A DNA stretch of 64,000 bases from Deltaproteobacteria bacterium (GTDB taxonomy: Bacteria; Desulfobacterota; GWC2-55-46; UBA9637). The position numbers and the translations under genes were made by a program. The notes below the pieces were generated by a model. The model ran no database searches, was not told the DNA's origin, and saw only the letters and a list, made by a program, of their open reading frames with translations. The stretch covers positions 34,257 through 98,256 of the forward strand of contig JAUYHF010000014.1 of assembly GCA_030690165.1 (NCBI GenBank). The letters run 5' to 3'. Below, in pieces: positions 54,323 to 63,923 of the stretch (positions are counted from its first letter, which is position 1; the number at the start of each line of letters is the position of its first letter).

Positions 54323-54670
54323 ATGCATGATTATGAAAAATATCTGAATGATAGAGAAAGACAGGGGATACATCGGTTTGTTGAAAGGGCAAGGCAACTG
54401 ATGGGGCAATCTCTTATAGATATTCGTATCTTTGGTTCAAAGGTCAGGGGTGATTTTGATAAGGAATCTGATATTGATATCTTGCTTGTAATAGACTCTG
54501 GTGACTGGCATACGCAAGATAAAATAAGCAAGATTGCCGCTGATGTCAATATGGAACTTGACTGCAATATATCGCCTGTTATCTATACTCATCGGGAACA
54601 CGAAAGAAATAAATACTTCAGAACCCTGTTTATACAGGAGGTCGAAAAAGAAGGGGTATCCCTTGCCTGA
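54323..54670 (+). CDS. MNT nucleotidyltransferase antitoxin
   Basis: IFGSKVRGD...SDIDILLV. Confidence 0.88.
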   Translation: MHDYEKYLNDRERQGIHRFVERARQLMGQSLIDIRIFGSKVRGDFDKESDIDILLVIDSGDWHTQDKISKIAADVNMELDCNISPVIYTHREHERNKYFRTLFIQEVEKEGVSLA

Positions 54671-55064
54671 AAAGCATCAAATAGACCTTGCTGCTTATAG
54701 GATTGGAAAGGCAAAAGAGAGATTATCTTCAGCGGAGGCTTTGCTTGCAGCCGGAAGTTTTGCGGACTCAATAGGCCGTTCGTATTATGCTATATTTACA
54801 GCCGCCAGAGTGCTATTGGCATTAAAAGGGCTGGACAGCAAGAGACACTCCGGCGTTGTAGCCTTGTTCAATGAGCATTTTATTAAATCCGGTTTGCTGG
54901 CAAGAGAAGTTTATCAAATTATTACCAGTGCCAAGGCAAAAAGAGAAAGGGCGGATTACGAGGACTATGTGGAATTTGGCAAAGAGGAAGCAGAAGAGCA
55001 GTTAAAAGAGGCAAAAGAGTTTGTTAAAGAGTCAGAAAATCTTTTCATAAAGTTGAGCAAGTAA
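54663..55064 (+). CDS. HEPN domain protein
   Basis: RSYYAIF, KRHSGV, RERADY; overlaps the MNT stop codon. Confidence 0.85.
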   Translation: MPEKHQIDLAAYRIGKAKERLSSAEALLAAGSFADSIGRSYYAIFTAARVLLALKGLDSKRHSGVVALFNEHFIKSGLLAREVYQIITSAKAKRERADYEDYVEFGKEEAEEQLKEAKEFVKESENLFIKLSK

Positions 55065-55074
55065 GGAGGAACCT

Positions 55075-56733
55075 ATGAGCGGTTATACACCAGAATTAAA
55101 AGAGCTTATAAAAAATGTTGAGGCAACGAGGCTGCAGCGGGTTGAGAGGGCAAGAAAGAACCAGCACTTTCCGGCCATGACAATGGATCAGCGTAAAGAG
55201 TGGCTCAGCAAATATCACCCTGATTATAAACCCGATGGGAGAAGGGCTGTAAAGGCAGGGCCTAATAAGGGAGAGACCTTCCCTGAAGAGGTTGTAAATC
55301 TTCTGGAATCCAAAAGCAGGATAAATCCCAAAAATATAGACCTTGCAAAAATAGATTACGAAACAGATGTGCTTGTGATAGGCGCAGGCGGCGCAGGCAC
55401 AGCAGCGGCATTGATGGCGCAGGAAAACGGCTGCAAGGTTATCGTGGCAACAAAACTTCGGCATGGTGATTCAAATACGGTTATGGCAGAGGGCGGGATT
55501 CAGGGGGCTGACCAGGAATGTGATTCGCCGTATTACCATTATCTTGATGTTGTGGGCGGGGGGCATTTCAGCAACCAGCCCGACCTTGTAGCAGGGCTTA
55601 CAAACGATGCCCCGCTTGTAATACACTGGCTTGAATCGCTCGGCCTGATGTTCGACAAACACCATGACGGAAGGATGCTGGTAAGGCACGGCGGCGGCAC
55701 ATGCAGGAAAAGGATGCACTCGGCAGGAGATATGACCGGCGCTGAGATAATGAGGGTTTTAAGGGACGAGGCAAGAAACCGTTCTGAAGATATAAAGGTT
55801 CTGGAATTTTCTCCTGCTGTTGAACTGATTTTAAATGCAGACGGGAGGTGCAGCGGCGCTGTTTTATATAATCTCGAGACAAAGGAATATTATATTGTAA
55901 AGGCAAAGGCAGTTGTTATGGCCACAGGCGGTTTCGGAAGGCTGCACATACAGGGCTTCCCCACCACAAACCACTACGGCGCAACAGCAGACGGTATTGT
56001 CATGGTTTACAGGGCAGGGGTCAAGATGAAGGACCTGGATTCAACCCAGTATCATCCGACAGGCGTGGTCTATCCTGAACAGAATATCGGGCTTCTTATC
56101 ACGGAAAAGGTCAGGGGGCTTGGCTCCCAGCTTATAAATATTAACGGCGAGGAATTCTGCTTCCCGCTGGAGCCGAGGGATATTGAATCATCGTGCATAA
56201 TTAAGGAGTGTCTTGAAAAGGGAAAGGGGATAACAACCCCTGTCGGGAGGATGGGAGTATGGCTTGATTCGCCCATGATAGAGGCGCTTCACGGCGAAGG
56301 CACGGTAAGGAAGGAGCTGCCTGCAAAATATATACAGTTTAAGAGATACGGCATTGATATAAGCAAAGAACCGATGCTGGTCTATCCAACCCTCCACTAC
56401 CAGAACGGCGGTATTATGATAAACGACAATGCAGGCACAACACTCCCCGGGCTTTATGCTGCCGGAGAGGTTACAGGCGGTGTGCATGGAAGGAACAGGC
56501 TTATGGGAAATTCACTCCTTGATATTCTTGTGTTCGGAAGAAGGGCCGGGATGAATGCAGCAGAATATTTAAAAACAGTCAAGGGTCAGAAGTCAGGAAT
56601 CAAACTGACGCTGGAGCATGTGGAAAAGTTTGAGAAGGAATTAAAGGCTGCTGGTGTGAAAGAGCCTGTCATCGGTCCCATGATTTTACCGGAATATACG
56701 CCTGACCATGTGAAGGCGAGGCAGTGGGGGTAA
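55075..56733 (+). CDS. frdA: Fumarate reductase flavoprotein (soluble type)
   Basis: GAGGAG, SNTVMAEGG, QYHPTG, TEKVRG, EPRD, HYQNGG, HGRNRLMGNSL. Confidence 0.8.
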   Translation: MSGYTPELKELIKNVEATRLQRVERARKNQHFPAMTMDQRKEWLSKYHPDYKPDGRRAVKAGPNKGETFPEEVVNLLESKSRINPKNIDLAKIDYETDVLVIGAGGAGTAAALMAQENGCKVIVATKLRHGDSNTVMAEGGIQGADQECDSPYYHYLDVVGGGHFSNQPDLVAGLTNDAPLVIHWLESLGLMFDKHHDGRMLVRHGGGTCRKRMHSAGDMTGAEIMRVLRDEARNRSEDIKVLEFSPAVELILNADGRCSGAVLYNLETKEYYIVKAKAVVMATGGFGRLHIQGFPTTNHYGATADGIVMVYRAGVKMKDLDSTQYHPTGVVYPEQNIGLLITEKVRGLGSQLININGEEFCFPLEPRDIESSCIIKECLEKGKGITTPVGRMGVWLDSPMIEALHGEGTVRKELPAKYIQFKRYGIDISKEPMLVYPTLHYQNGGIMINDNAGTTLPGLYAAGEVTGGVHGRNRLMGNSLLDILVFGRRAGMNAAEYLKTVKGQKSGIKLTLEHVEKFEKELKAAGVKEPVIGPMILPEYTPDHVKARQWG

Positions 56734-56901
56734 ATTTTACCTGACAGAAATTATCCTAATTATCCTTCTATTGACACTTTGACCCTCTGTTACTTTATAG
56801 AGTCCTTCAACCTCTTTTTTTGTCAACAACCTGTATTCTGCGGGCTTTAAATTTCCAAGTTTTATGCCTGCAAACTCTATCCTTTTTAATTTCCGCCATC
56901 T

Positions 56902-57621
56902 TTAATCCGCAACCACAAACGGAGACTCCACTCCCTCTGTTTCTATCCTGCCTTTAAGCTTTTCAGCTTCCTTTAAACTGGTTGCGCCGCCAACCCTAAC
57001 TCTGTAAAAAACCGTATCGCCCCTATCGTATGTAGTTATTGAAACATTATTATATCGCAAAAGCAGGTTGTCCCTTAACCTCGTTGCATTTGACTTTACA
57101 GTGAATGCGCCCACCTGTACCAGGAAGTTCCCTTTCTGATAGTCCCTTGTTACCAGTTTATCGCCAACAGTGTCTCCCAGGGCAGTTATCTCCACTTTAG
57201 CAGTGCCGCTGTCTGCAATGCCTAACTCAGAGGCGGCCTTATAAGAAAGGTCTATAATTCTCCCTTTTACAAAAGGCCCTCTGTCATTGATCCTTACAAT
57301 TGTCTCTTTACCGTTATCAAGTCTTGTGACTTTTACATAAGTGCCTATGGGAAGGGTTTTGTGGGCAGCGGTCATGGCATACATGTTATAGGTTTCTCCA
57401 TTGGAGGTTTTTTTGCCGTGAAAATCCTTACCATACCACGACGCAATCCCCTCCTCTTCATATCCATTTGATGAATCAACCGGCTGATACCATTTGCCGT
57501 CAATTTGATAAGCCCTTTTAGTTCCTTGCTTTGTATAATAACCCTGCGGCGGAGCGGATGCGCACCCTGCGAGTAACAACATTACAAAAATAAGAATTGA
57601 ATGTTTTCTACTGATGGGCAT
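56902..57621 (-). CDS. rlpA: RlpA lipoprotein with SPOR domain
   Basis: LAGC lipobox, [27 protein letters not shown]. Confidence 0.94.
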   Translation of the reverse strand: MPISRKHSILIFVMLLLAGCASAPPQGYYTKQGTKRAYQIDGKWYQPVDSSNGYEEEGIASWYGKDFHGKKTSNGETYNMYAMTAAHKTLPIGTYVKVTRLDNGKETIVRINDRGPFVKGRIIDLSYKAASELGIADSGTAKVEITALGDTVGDKLVTRDYQKGNFLVQVGAFTVKSNATRLRDNLLLRYNNVSITTYDRGDTVFYRVRVGGATSLKEAEKLKGRIETEGVESPFVVAD

Positions 57622-57655
57622 TTATAAATTTTTAATATCTGATTTGTAGCCTATT

Positions 57656-58672
57656 CTACTTCTCCAAATAACATCCCAACGTTGGCTTGCTTCCCTCAAA
57701 AGTGGAATTTGTCTTTTCAAGCCAGTCTTGTTTTACCTTAAAATTAGCGGGGTTTGCATAATAGGAGTCCACTGCCTCGCGCAAAACCCTTGTCATGCCG
57801 GCCACATATGCCTTTGTCCTCTGCCTGCCTTCAATCTTGAGGGCGTCCACACCTGCAGCTGCAAGCCTTGGGATGAGTTCAAGGACATTCAGCGACTCCG
57901 GTCCTTCAAATGCGTAGACATATTCGCCGCGCTCATTGATATACCGGCCTTTACAACAAGTGGGATAAGGCGATGTCTCTCCCGGGCCAAGCTCGTTTAA
58001 AACAATATCATTCAAGGTAATCCTGAGCTTTCCGCCCTCGTTTATGAATCTTACAAACCTTGACGGCGAACATGCGCCCTCTGTATTAGTGGATGCGCCT
58101 GTAACAAAACTGGAGAGATAGCACCTCCCTTCTATGTTTATGCAGAGTCCACCAAGGGCGAATACCTCCAATTCCACATCGGTATTGCCTCTTAAATCCT
58201 TCATCTCCTCTACTGTAAGAACCCTCGGCAGGACCAGCCTTTTAATGCCGAAGTGCTTCTTATAAAAATTTATAGATTCATAATTGGATGAGCTTGCCTG
58301 AACACTTAAATGAATATTTATATCAGGATATTTATCCCTTGCGTATTTAAGAATACCAAGGTTTGCAAGGATGATGGCATCGCTATTGAGTTTGACCGCA
58401 TTGTCCACAGATCTATACCACTGATGATAGGTATCCATCTGCGGAAATGTGTTTACAGCAAGATAGACCTTCTTACCCTTTGCATGGGCGTAATCAATGC
58501 CCTCTCTCAATTCATCAAGGGTAAAGTTTAGTCCTTCAAAATTGCGAGCATTAGTGGCATCGTTAAAGCCCGTATAAACCACATCAGCGCCGTTATCAAT
58601 AGCCGCCTTTAAAGAGGGTAGATTTCCTGCAGGGCAGACGAGTTCAATCTTTTTGGAAAAAGGGGATTTCAA
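57656..58672 (-). CDS. ubiU: U32 peptidase family, UbiU-like
   Basis: ELVCPAGNLPSLKAA, LCINIEGRCYLSS, GACSP, CKGRY, KIEGRQR. Confidence 0.75.
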   Translation of the reverse strand: MKSPFSKKIELVCPAGNLPSLKAAIDNGADVVYTGFNDATNARNFEGLNFTLDELREGIDYAHAKGKKVYLAVNTFPQMDTYHQWYRSVDNAVKLNSDAIILANLGILKYARDKYPDINIHLSVQASSSNYESINFYKKHFGIKRLVLPRVLTVEEMKDLRGNTDVELEVFALGGLCINIEGRCYLSSFVTGASTNTEGACSPSRFVRFINEGGKLRITLNDIVLNELGPGETSPYPTCCKGRYINERGEYVYAFEGPESLNVLELIPRLAAAGVDALKIEGRQRTKAYVAGMTRVLREAVDSYYANPANFKVKQDWLEKTNSTFEGSKPTLGCYLEK

Positions 58673-58756
58673 TACAGCTCCTCATATTTTCTTAAATCAT
58701 TCCAATTGCCTGTAAAACTTCGTTTACTATGAATCAGTGTAAGAACTTGCACACGG

Positions 58757-59068
58757 TCAACCTCTATTCCCCTTTTCCCATAAGGCTTTCAAATCTCTTG
58801 CTCCATGAACGAGAGCCAGTATTACAACACGGGATTGTTCTATACTATAAATGAGGCGATATTCTCTAATGAGGAGTTCTCTGATAGTCGGTTCGCCAAG
58901 CTCTGGAACAATACGTCCTCGTTCAGAAAACTCGTTGAGCGAGCGGCTTATGTCCATTATCTGCTGTGTGAATGCGGCGGCGTAAAAAGAAGAATCCCTT
59001 GCTATGTATTCGACAAGGGCATTAAGGTCATCTATAGCTTCGTAAGACCAGATTACTTTCCGAGCCAT
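58757..59068 (-). CDS. RelE/ParE family toxin
   Basis: WSYEAIDDL...YIARDS...GRIVPE...YRLIY...HGARDL. Confidence 0.85.
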   Translation of the reverse strand: MARKVIWSYEAIDDLNALVEYIARDSSFYAAAFTQQIMDISRSLNEFSERGRIVPELGEPTIRELLIREYRLIYSIEQSRVVILALVHGARDLKALWEKGNRG

Positions 59069-59241
59069 TTTGCCATCCGCTTTTCAATCTCTTCCTGTGT
59101 GTAAGTTCTTCCCTCTGCGGCATCTTTAAGTCCTCGTTCAATCTTCTGAAGGACATACAGGTGATACTGGACGTCTTCCAATGAACAATCGTCCGGTAAG
59201 CGGGTAAGAAGGTTGTTGACCTCCTGCTTTACTGTTTCCAT
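59053..59241 (-). CDS. Cognate antitoxin
   Basis: LPDDCSLEDVQYHLYVLQKIERGL; overlaps the toxin start. Confidence 0.8.
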   Translation of the reverse strand: METVKQEVNNLLTRLPDDCSLEDVQYHLYVLQKIERGLKDAAEGRTYTQEEIEKRMAKWLGK

Positions 59242-59340
59242 GCCTTTCCTCCTCTTTTATAATGGTGAATGGATTATACCACTTTTTGACCATAAATTGC
59301 GCAAGATGGTTCGGAACTTGACGAAGGCTTCTCCCATCCT

Positions 59341-60141
59341 TCAAAGGGTTTTATCTCTCAATCTAACCTCCACCTCATCACCTTTTTCAGCCCCCAACTC
59401 CCTGCTTGCATCCCCATCCCTCTTTGCTATCTCCAGAAGATTGCTGCTGCCGATGAGACCGACGGGTTCGCCCTGTTTCGCATAGACGTATGAGGGAACA
59501 AGTTTCTTTATTATACAACTGCCAACCCTAATCTCAAATGATTTATTCTTAAAAATCTTTTTCAGCAGCCCTTCATCTATATTTGTAATGAGATTTCCAA
59601 ATCTGTCAATATGGATTATCCGGCCAGTGATTTTTCCATATCTTGCAACAGGTTTTTTAACATCTAAACTCGTCAGCATCTTTATCTTTTTCCCAAATAT
59701 GCTGGGGTCAATGCCAAGTGATAAATATGCCGCAACAGGAGAAAATATATCCCTTCCGTGGAATGTAGCTCTCACATTACCGAGAAAATAATCTTTGTTC
59801 GTAAGGTGTATCTTTCGTTTAATCTTTTCTCTTTGCAGGGCAATGCTGAAGATGCCGTTGTCAGGGCCGACAAAGAAATATCTGTCTGTTTCAATGAGTA
59901 TAGGTCTTCTTTTTCCTCCGACTCCTGGGTCAACTATTGCCATATGAATTGTGCCTTTTGGAAAGAATGGCACAGACTGGGATAAAACAAACGCGCCTGC
60001 TGCGATGTCCTGAGGAGAAATCTGGTGAGATATGTCAACTATGACTGCATCGGGATTTATGGAGAGGATAACCCCTTTCATTGCGCCTGCATAGCCGTCT
60101 TCTGTTCCAAAGTCTGTTAAAAGGGTTATTATCCTTCCCAT
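59341..60141 (-). CDS. SAM hydroxide adenosyltransferase/chlorinase family (DUF62)
   Basis: TLLTDFG, VDPGVG, GPDNG, TFHGRDIF, IDRFGN. Confidence 0.92.
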   Translation of the reverse strand: MGRIITLLTDFGTEDGYAGAMKGVILSINPDAVIVDISHQISPQDIAAGAFVLSQSVPFFPKGTIHMAIVDPGVGGKRRPILIETDRYFFVGPDNGIFSIALQREKIKRKIHLTNKDYFLGNVRATFHGRDIFSPVAAYLSLGIDPSIFGKKIKMLTSLDVKKPVARYGKITGRIIHIDRFGNLITNIDEGLLKKIFKNKSFEIRVGSCIIKKLVPSYVYAKQGEPVGLIGSSNLLEIAKRDGDASRELGAEKGDEVEVRLRDKTL

Positions 60142-60154
60142 GCCGATAGCTCTT

Positions 60155-60472
60155 TTAAGAGGTTTCTGAATCTGGTTCTTGAACGGATACGGACGAGTTT
60201 TTGTTCTTTGCCTTTATCCTGTCCAGCCTTTCTCTTATTTCCACCGGCAGATGGATGCCTTCAAAATCCATCTCTGATAGAAGTTCCATTAAAATATCAA
60301 CCTTTTCGCCGGTATAGAGTTTTTTGTGGATAATAATGCGCCTTTCACCCTTCAGCACAAAGGAGCCGCCGGGTGTGTTTACCTCGCCTTTTCTTAAATC
60401 ATCATAAGAGACCTTTATGGTGAGTTTTTCCGCAGCCTCTTCCAGAAGAGGAAGTATTATTTCATCTTTCAT
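60155..60472 (-). CDS. Conserved hypothetical protein
   Basis: Co-oriented with DUF62; plausible protein composition. Confidence 0.6.
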   Translation of the reverse strand: MKDEIILPLLEEAAEKLTIKVSYDDLRKGEVNTPGGSFVLKGERRIIIHKKLYTGEKVDILMELLSEMDFEGIHLPVEIRERLDRIKAKNKNSSVSVQEPDSETS

Positions 60473-60567
60473 ATGACATGACTTTTACCTTAATTGTCCC
60501 AAAAATGCAAATGTATTTTGAGAAAATTGATTGACATAACGCCGCAGCGGAGGTTACTATTTTTTCT

Positions 60568-62535
60568 ATGGAAAGCCTTCCTTTACTCAGAGACATTATA
60601 ATACTGATGGGCGTGTCTGTCCCTATTATTTTTGTTTTCCACCGTCTTGGCATGCCGACAATTGTCGGCTTTCTTGCTACAGGCGTCATTATCGGCCCGC
60701 ATGGTTTTGGGCTGATTACCGAGGCAGGCACTGTAGAGCTCCTTGCCCAGATTGGCGTTGTTATGCTCCTTTTTACCATCGGCCTTGAGCTTTCCTTTGC
60801 AAAACTCAGAAATGTAGGCAGGGAGGCTGTTATCGGCGGCGGGCTTCAGATAATATTTACAACTGCCATTGTAATTATTATTGCCGGGATATTTAAAGAG
60901 CCTTTACCACAGGCCATGCTTTTTGGATTTATAATAGCGCAGAGCAGCACTGCTATAATACTCAAGATTCTGAGCGACAGAGGTGAAATAGATTCCTCTC
61001 ATGGCCGGCTTTGTATGGGCATAGTAATTGTCCAGGACATTGCCGTTGTTCCCATGGTCATTTTGCTTCAGCATATTGGAAAGGTTGAGGGCATAACCGC
61101 TTTTCTTGTCGCAAAAAGCATATTGACAGCCGGCCTGGCTGTGGCTGCAATCCTCACGGCTGCCTATATCCTTGTGCCGAGGATACTATATCAGGTTGTA
61201 AAATTACGGAATAGAGAGATCTTTATCATAACAGCCTTATTCCTATGTCTTGGGATCGCATGGCTTACATCAAGGGTTGGTCTGTCTCTGGCTATCGGCG
61301 CATTTATTGCCGGGCTTGTAATATCGGAATCCGAATACAGCCATCAGATAGTGGCAGAGGTGCTGCCTTTCAGGGATGTTTTTTCCAGCCTCTTTTTTAT
61401 ATCCATAGGCATGCTTCTTGAATTTAATTATTTTCTGTACCATCTGCCGTATATCTTTCCAATGGCCTGCGCAATTATCATACTAAAGATATTGGTTATT
61501 ATAGGCATTGGCCAGATACTTAGATACCCATTGCGCCTTGCCATAATTGTCGGCATAGGTCTTTCCAATATAGGCGAGTTTTCTTTTGTTCTTATGAAAG
61601 CAGGCGAAGAATACGGCCTTCTCTCAAAAGAGATGTATCAGACATTCATTGCCGCATCCATACTGACAATGCTTGCCATACCGCTCCTGTTTGAAAAGAG
61701 TCAGAGGATTGCCCTGCGGCTTACACATATATTCGGGGCAAAGGGAATATCTTTTACAGAGTCCGCTCCAAAGGGTCTTGCAAACCATGTGATTATCGCC
61801 GGTTACGGCCTGAACGGACGGAATACAGCAAACGTATTAAAGGCAACAGGAATAGAATATATCATTCTGGATATGAATGCAGATAGAATCAGCAAAGCCA
61901 AGAAAAAAGGACACAGGGCGCTTTTTGGCGATATAAGCCATCCTGAGATTTTAAAAAAGGCTGGCGTTAAAAGGGCAAGGATTATTGTGTTTGCCGTTTC
62001 AGACCCTGTTGCTACAAGGATGGCGCTGAAGGCTGCAAAGGATATAAACCCTTCTGTATATGCTATAACAAGAACCAGATACATAGGCGAGGTTGAGGCG
62101 CTTTATAAACTTGGCGCCAATCAGGTAATATCAGAGGAATTTGAGACATCTATTGAGATATTTGCCAGGGTTTTAGGTGAATATCATATTCCTACAAATA
62201 TCATACAAAACCAGATAGACCTTATCAGGCATGAAGGGTATGCAATGCTCAGGGACCTGTCTCTGCCAAAGGAAAGACTTATGGAGCTTTCCAGCTTATT
62301 TGCAGCCAGCATAACATCAACTTTCCTTGTAACAGAAGATTCTCAGGTAATAGGCAAGACACTGGTTGAACTGGATTTGAGGAAAAAGACAGGTACAACT
62401 ATCATTGCCATTGTCAGGGGCAGCAAGGCTGTTACAAGTTTATCCGCAAATCTTACAATACATACAGGAGATGTGCTGGTCTTGCTGGGCAGTCATGCAC
62501 AACTTGATCAGGCAGTAAAACTTTTAACAAGGTGA
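60568..62535 (+). CDS. CPA2 cation/H+ antiporter, Kef-like, with TrkA-N and TrkA-C domains
   Basis: LLFTIGLE, QDIA, GEFSF, IAGYGLNG. Confidence 0.9.
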   Translation: MESLPLLRDIIILMGVSVPIIFVFHRLGMPTIVGFLATGVIIGPHGFGLITEAGTVELLAQIGVVMLLFTIGLELSFAKLRNVGREAVIGGGLQIIFTTAIVIIIAGIFKEPLPQAMLFGFIIAQSSTAIILKILSDRGEIDSSHGRLCMGIVIVQDIAVVPMVILLQHIGKVEGITAFLVAKSILTAGLAVAAILTAAYILVPRILYQVVKLRNREIFIITALFLCLGIAWLTSRVGLSLAIGAFIAGLVISESEYSHQIVAEVLPFRDVFSSLFFISIGMLLEFNYFLYHLPYIFPMACAIIILKILVIIGIGQILRYPLRLAIIVGIGLSNIGEFSFVLMKAGEEYGLLSKEMYQTFIAASILTMLAIPLLFEKSQRIALRLTHIFGAKGISFTESAPKGLANHVIIAGYGLNGRNTANVLKATGIEYIILDMNADRISKAKKKGHRALFGDISHPEILKKAGVKRARIIVFAVSDPVATRMALKAAKDINPSVYAITRTRYIGEVEALYKLGANQVISEEFETSIEIFARVLGEYHIPTNIIQNQIDLIRHEGYAMLRDLSLPKERLMELSSLFAASITSTFLVTEDSQVIGKTLVELDLRKKTGTTIIAIVRGSKAVTSLSANLTIHTGDVLVLLGSHAQLDQAVKLLTR

Positions 62536-63923
62536 AAAGTATGAAGGCTTTCATAGTAGCGGGAACTCATAGCGGAGTTGGCAAAACCACCATTGCCATT
62601 GGCCTTATGGCATTGCTTAAAAAAAGAGGCATGGCTGTTCAGCCTTTCAAGGTTGGGCCGGATTATATTGACCCATCTTACCATAGACTGGTTTGCGGAA
62701 GACCGTCCTACAACCTTGATACATGGATGGTAGGGGTTGATGGCGTTAAAAGGACTTTTGCAAAGGAAATGCAGGGCGCTGATATTGGGATTATTGAAGG
62801 TGTGATGGGACTTTTTGACGGAAAGGACGGCAGGGATGAACAGGGAAGCACAGCCCATGTTGCAAAGATTCTAAAGCTTCCTGTAATCCTAATTGTTGAC
62901 GCAAGAAGCATGGCAAGGAGCGCGGCTGCATTGGTTTACGGTTATGAAAGATTTGACCCCGCTGTGAAGATAGCCGGTATTATATTCAACAGGGTCGGCA
63001 GTGTCAGGCACTATAAGATGCTTAAAGAAGCAGTGGAGGCAAAATGTAAGGCAAAGGTGCTGGGCTATATCCCGCGTAATGAAGAGATAACACTCCCTGA
63101 AAGACATTTGGGGCTTGTGATGATGGAATGGACAATGAACAAGGGGCAAGGGGCAAAGTTTAAAAAACTTACATCAATGATAGAGAGGTTCGTTGATATT
63201 GATGAGATATTAAGATTAAGCTCAAGGTTCAGAGTTCAAGCTTCAAAGTCTTTCCACCGCATCACGCACCACGCATCACGCATTACGAGAATCGCCATTG
63301 CCAGGGACAATGCCTTTTGTTTCTATTATCAGGAAAATCTGGATATGCTGAAAGAGTTGGGCGCAGAGCTTGTTTTTTTCAGCCCTTTAAAGGATAAGAA
63401 ACTGCCTGCTGGCATAAACGGCATATATCTCGGCGGAGGGTATCCTGAGCTTTATGCAAGAAGGCTTGAGGCGAATAAGGCGCTCAGCAAAGAGATAAAG
63501 CTTATTGCAGATAGCGGCCTTCCAATCTATGCTGAATGCGGCGGGCTTATGTATCTTGGAAAAGGTTTGAAGGATTTTAAAGGGAAAAAATATGAAATGG
63601 TAGGAATATTCCCGTGGGTTTCAAGGATGCTGGAAAAAAGGAAGTCGCTGGGCTACAGAGAGGTAAGGGTTATTGATGGCTGCCCGTTTTTGAAAAAAGG
63701 TCAAAAAATTCTCGGACACGAATACCATTATTCGGAGATAGACACATTCTCTGATAAAATAAAAAGAGTTTATCAGTTCACAGTTCACGGTTCACAGGTC
63801 ACAGTTAAAGAAGGTTATTTATACAAGAATACGCTTGCCAGCTACATCCACCTTCATTTTGCAAGCAATCCCAAATTTGCAGAGGGGTTTGTAAGGGCGT
63901 GTTCCCTATGTCCTCCTTATTAA
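62532..63923 (+). CDS. cbiA: Cobyrinate a,c-diamide synthase
   Basis: SGVGKTT, KVGPDYID, EGVMGLFDG, ERHLGL, AECGG, YIHLHF. Confidence 0.94.
   Translation: MKSMKAFIVAGTHSGVGKTTIAIGLMALLKKRGMAVQPFKVGPDYIDPSYHRLVCGRPSYNLDTWMVGVDGVKRTFAKEMQGADIGIIEGVMGLFDGKDGRDEQGSTAHVAKILKLPVILIVDARSMARSAAALVYGYERFDPAVKIAGIIFNRVGSVRHYKMLKEAVEAKCKAKVLGYIPRNEEITLPERHLGLVMMEWTMNKGQGAKFKKLTSMIERFVDIDEILRLSSRFRVQASKSFHRITHHASRITRIAIARDNAFCFYYQENLDMLKELGAELVFFSPLKDKKLPAGINGIYLGGGYPELYARRLEANKALSKEIKLIADSGLPIYAECGGLMYLGKGLKDFKGKKYEMVGIFPWVSRMLEKRKSLGYREVRVIDGCPFLKKGQKILGHEYHYSEIDTFSDKIKRVYQFTVHGSQVTVKEGYLYKNTLASYIHLHFASNPKFAEGFVRACSLCPPY
63219..63290 (+). repeat. In-frame heptamer arrays (GTTCAAG type; CACGCAT) in the cbiA linker
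   Basis: Encode SRFRVQAS and RITHHASRIT. Confidence 0.8.
63774..63807 (+). repeat. In-frame CAGTTCA array in cbiA
   Basis: tcagttcacagttcacggttcacaggtcacagtt, encoding QFTVHGSQVTV. Confidence 0.85.
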
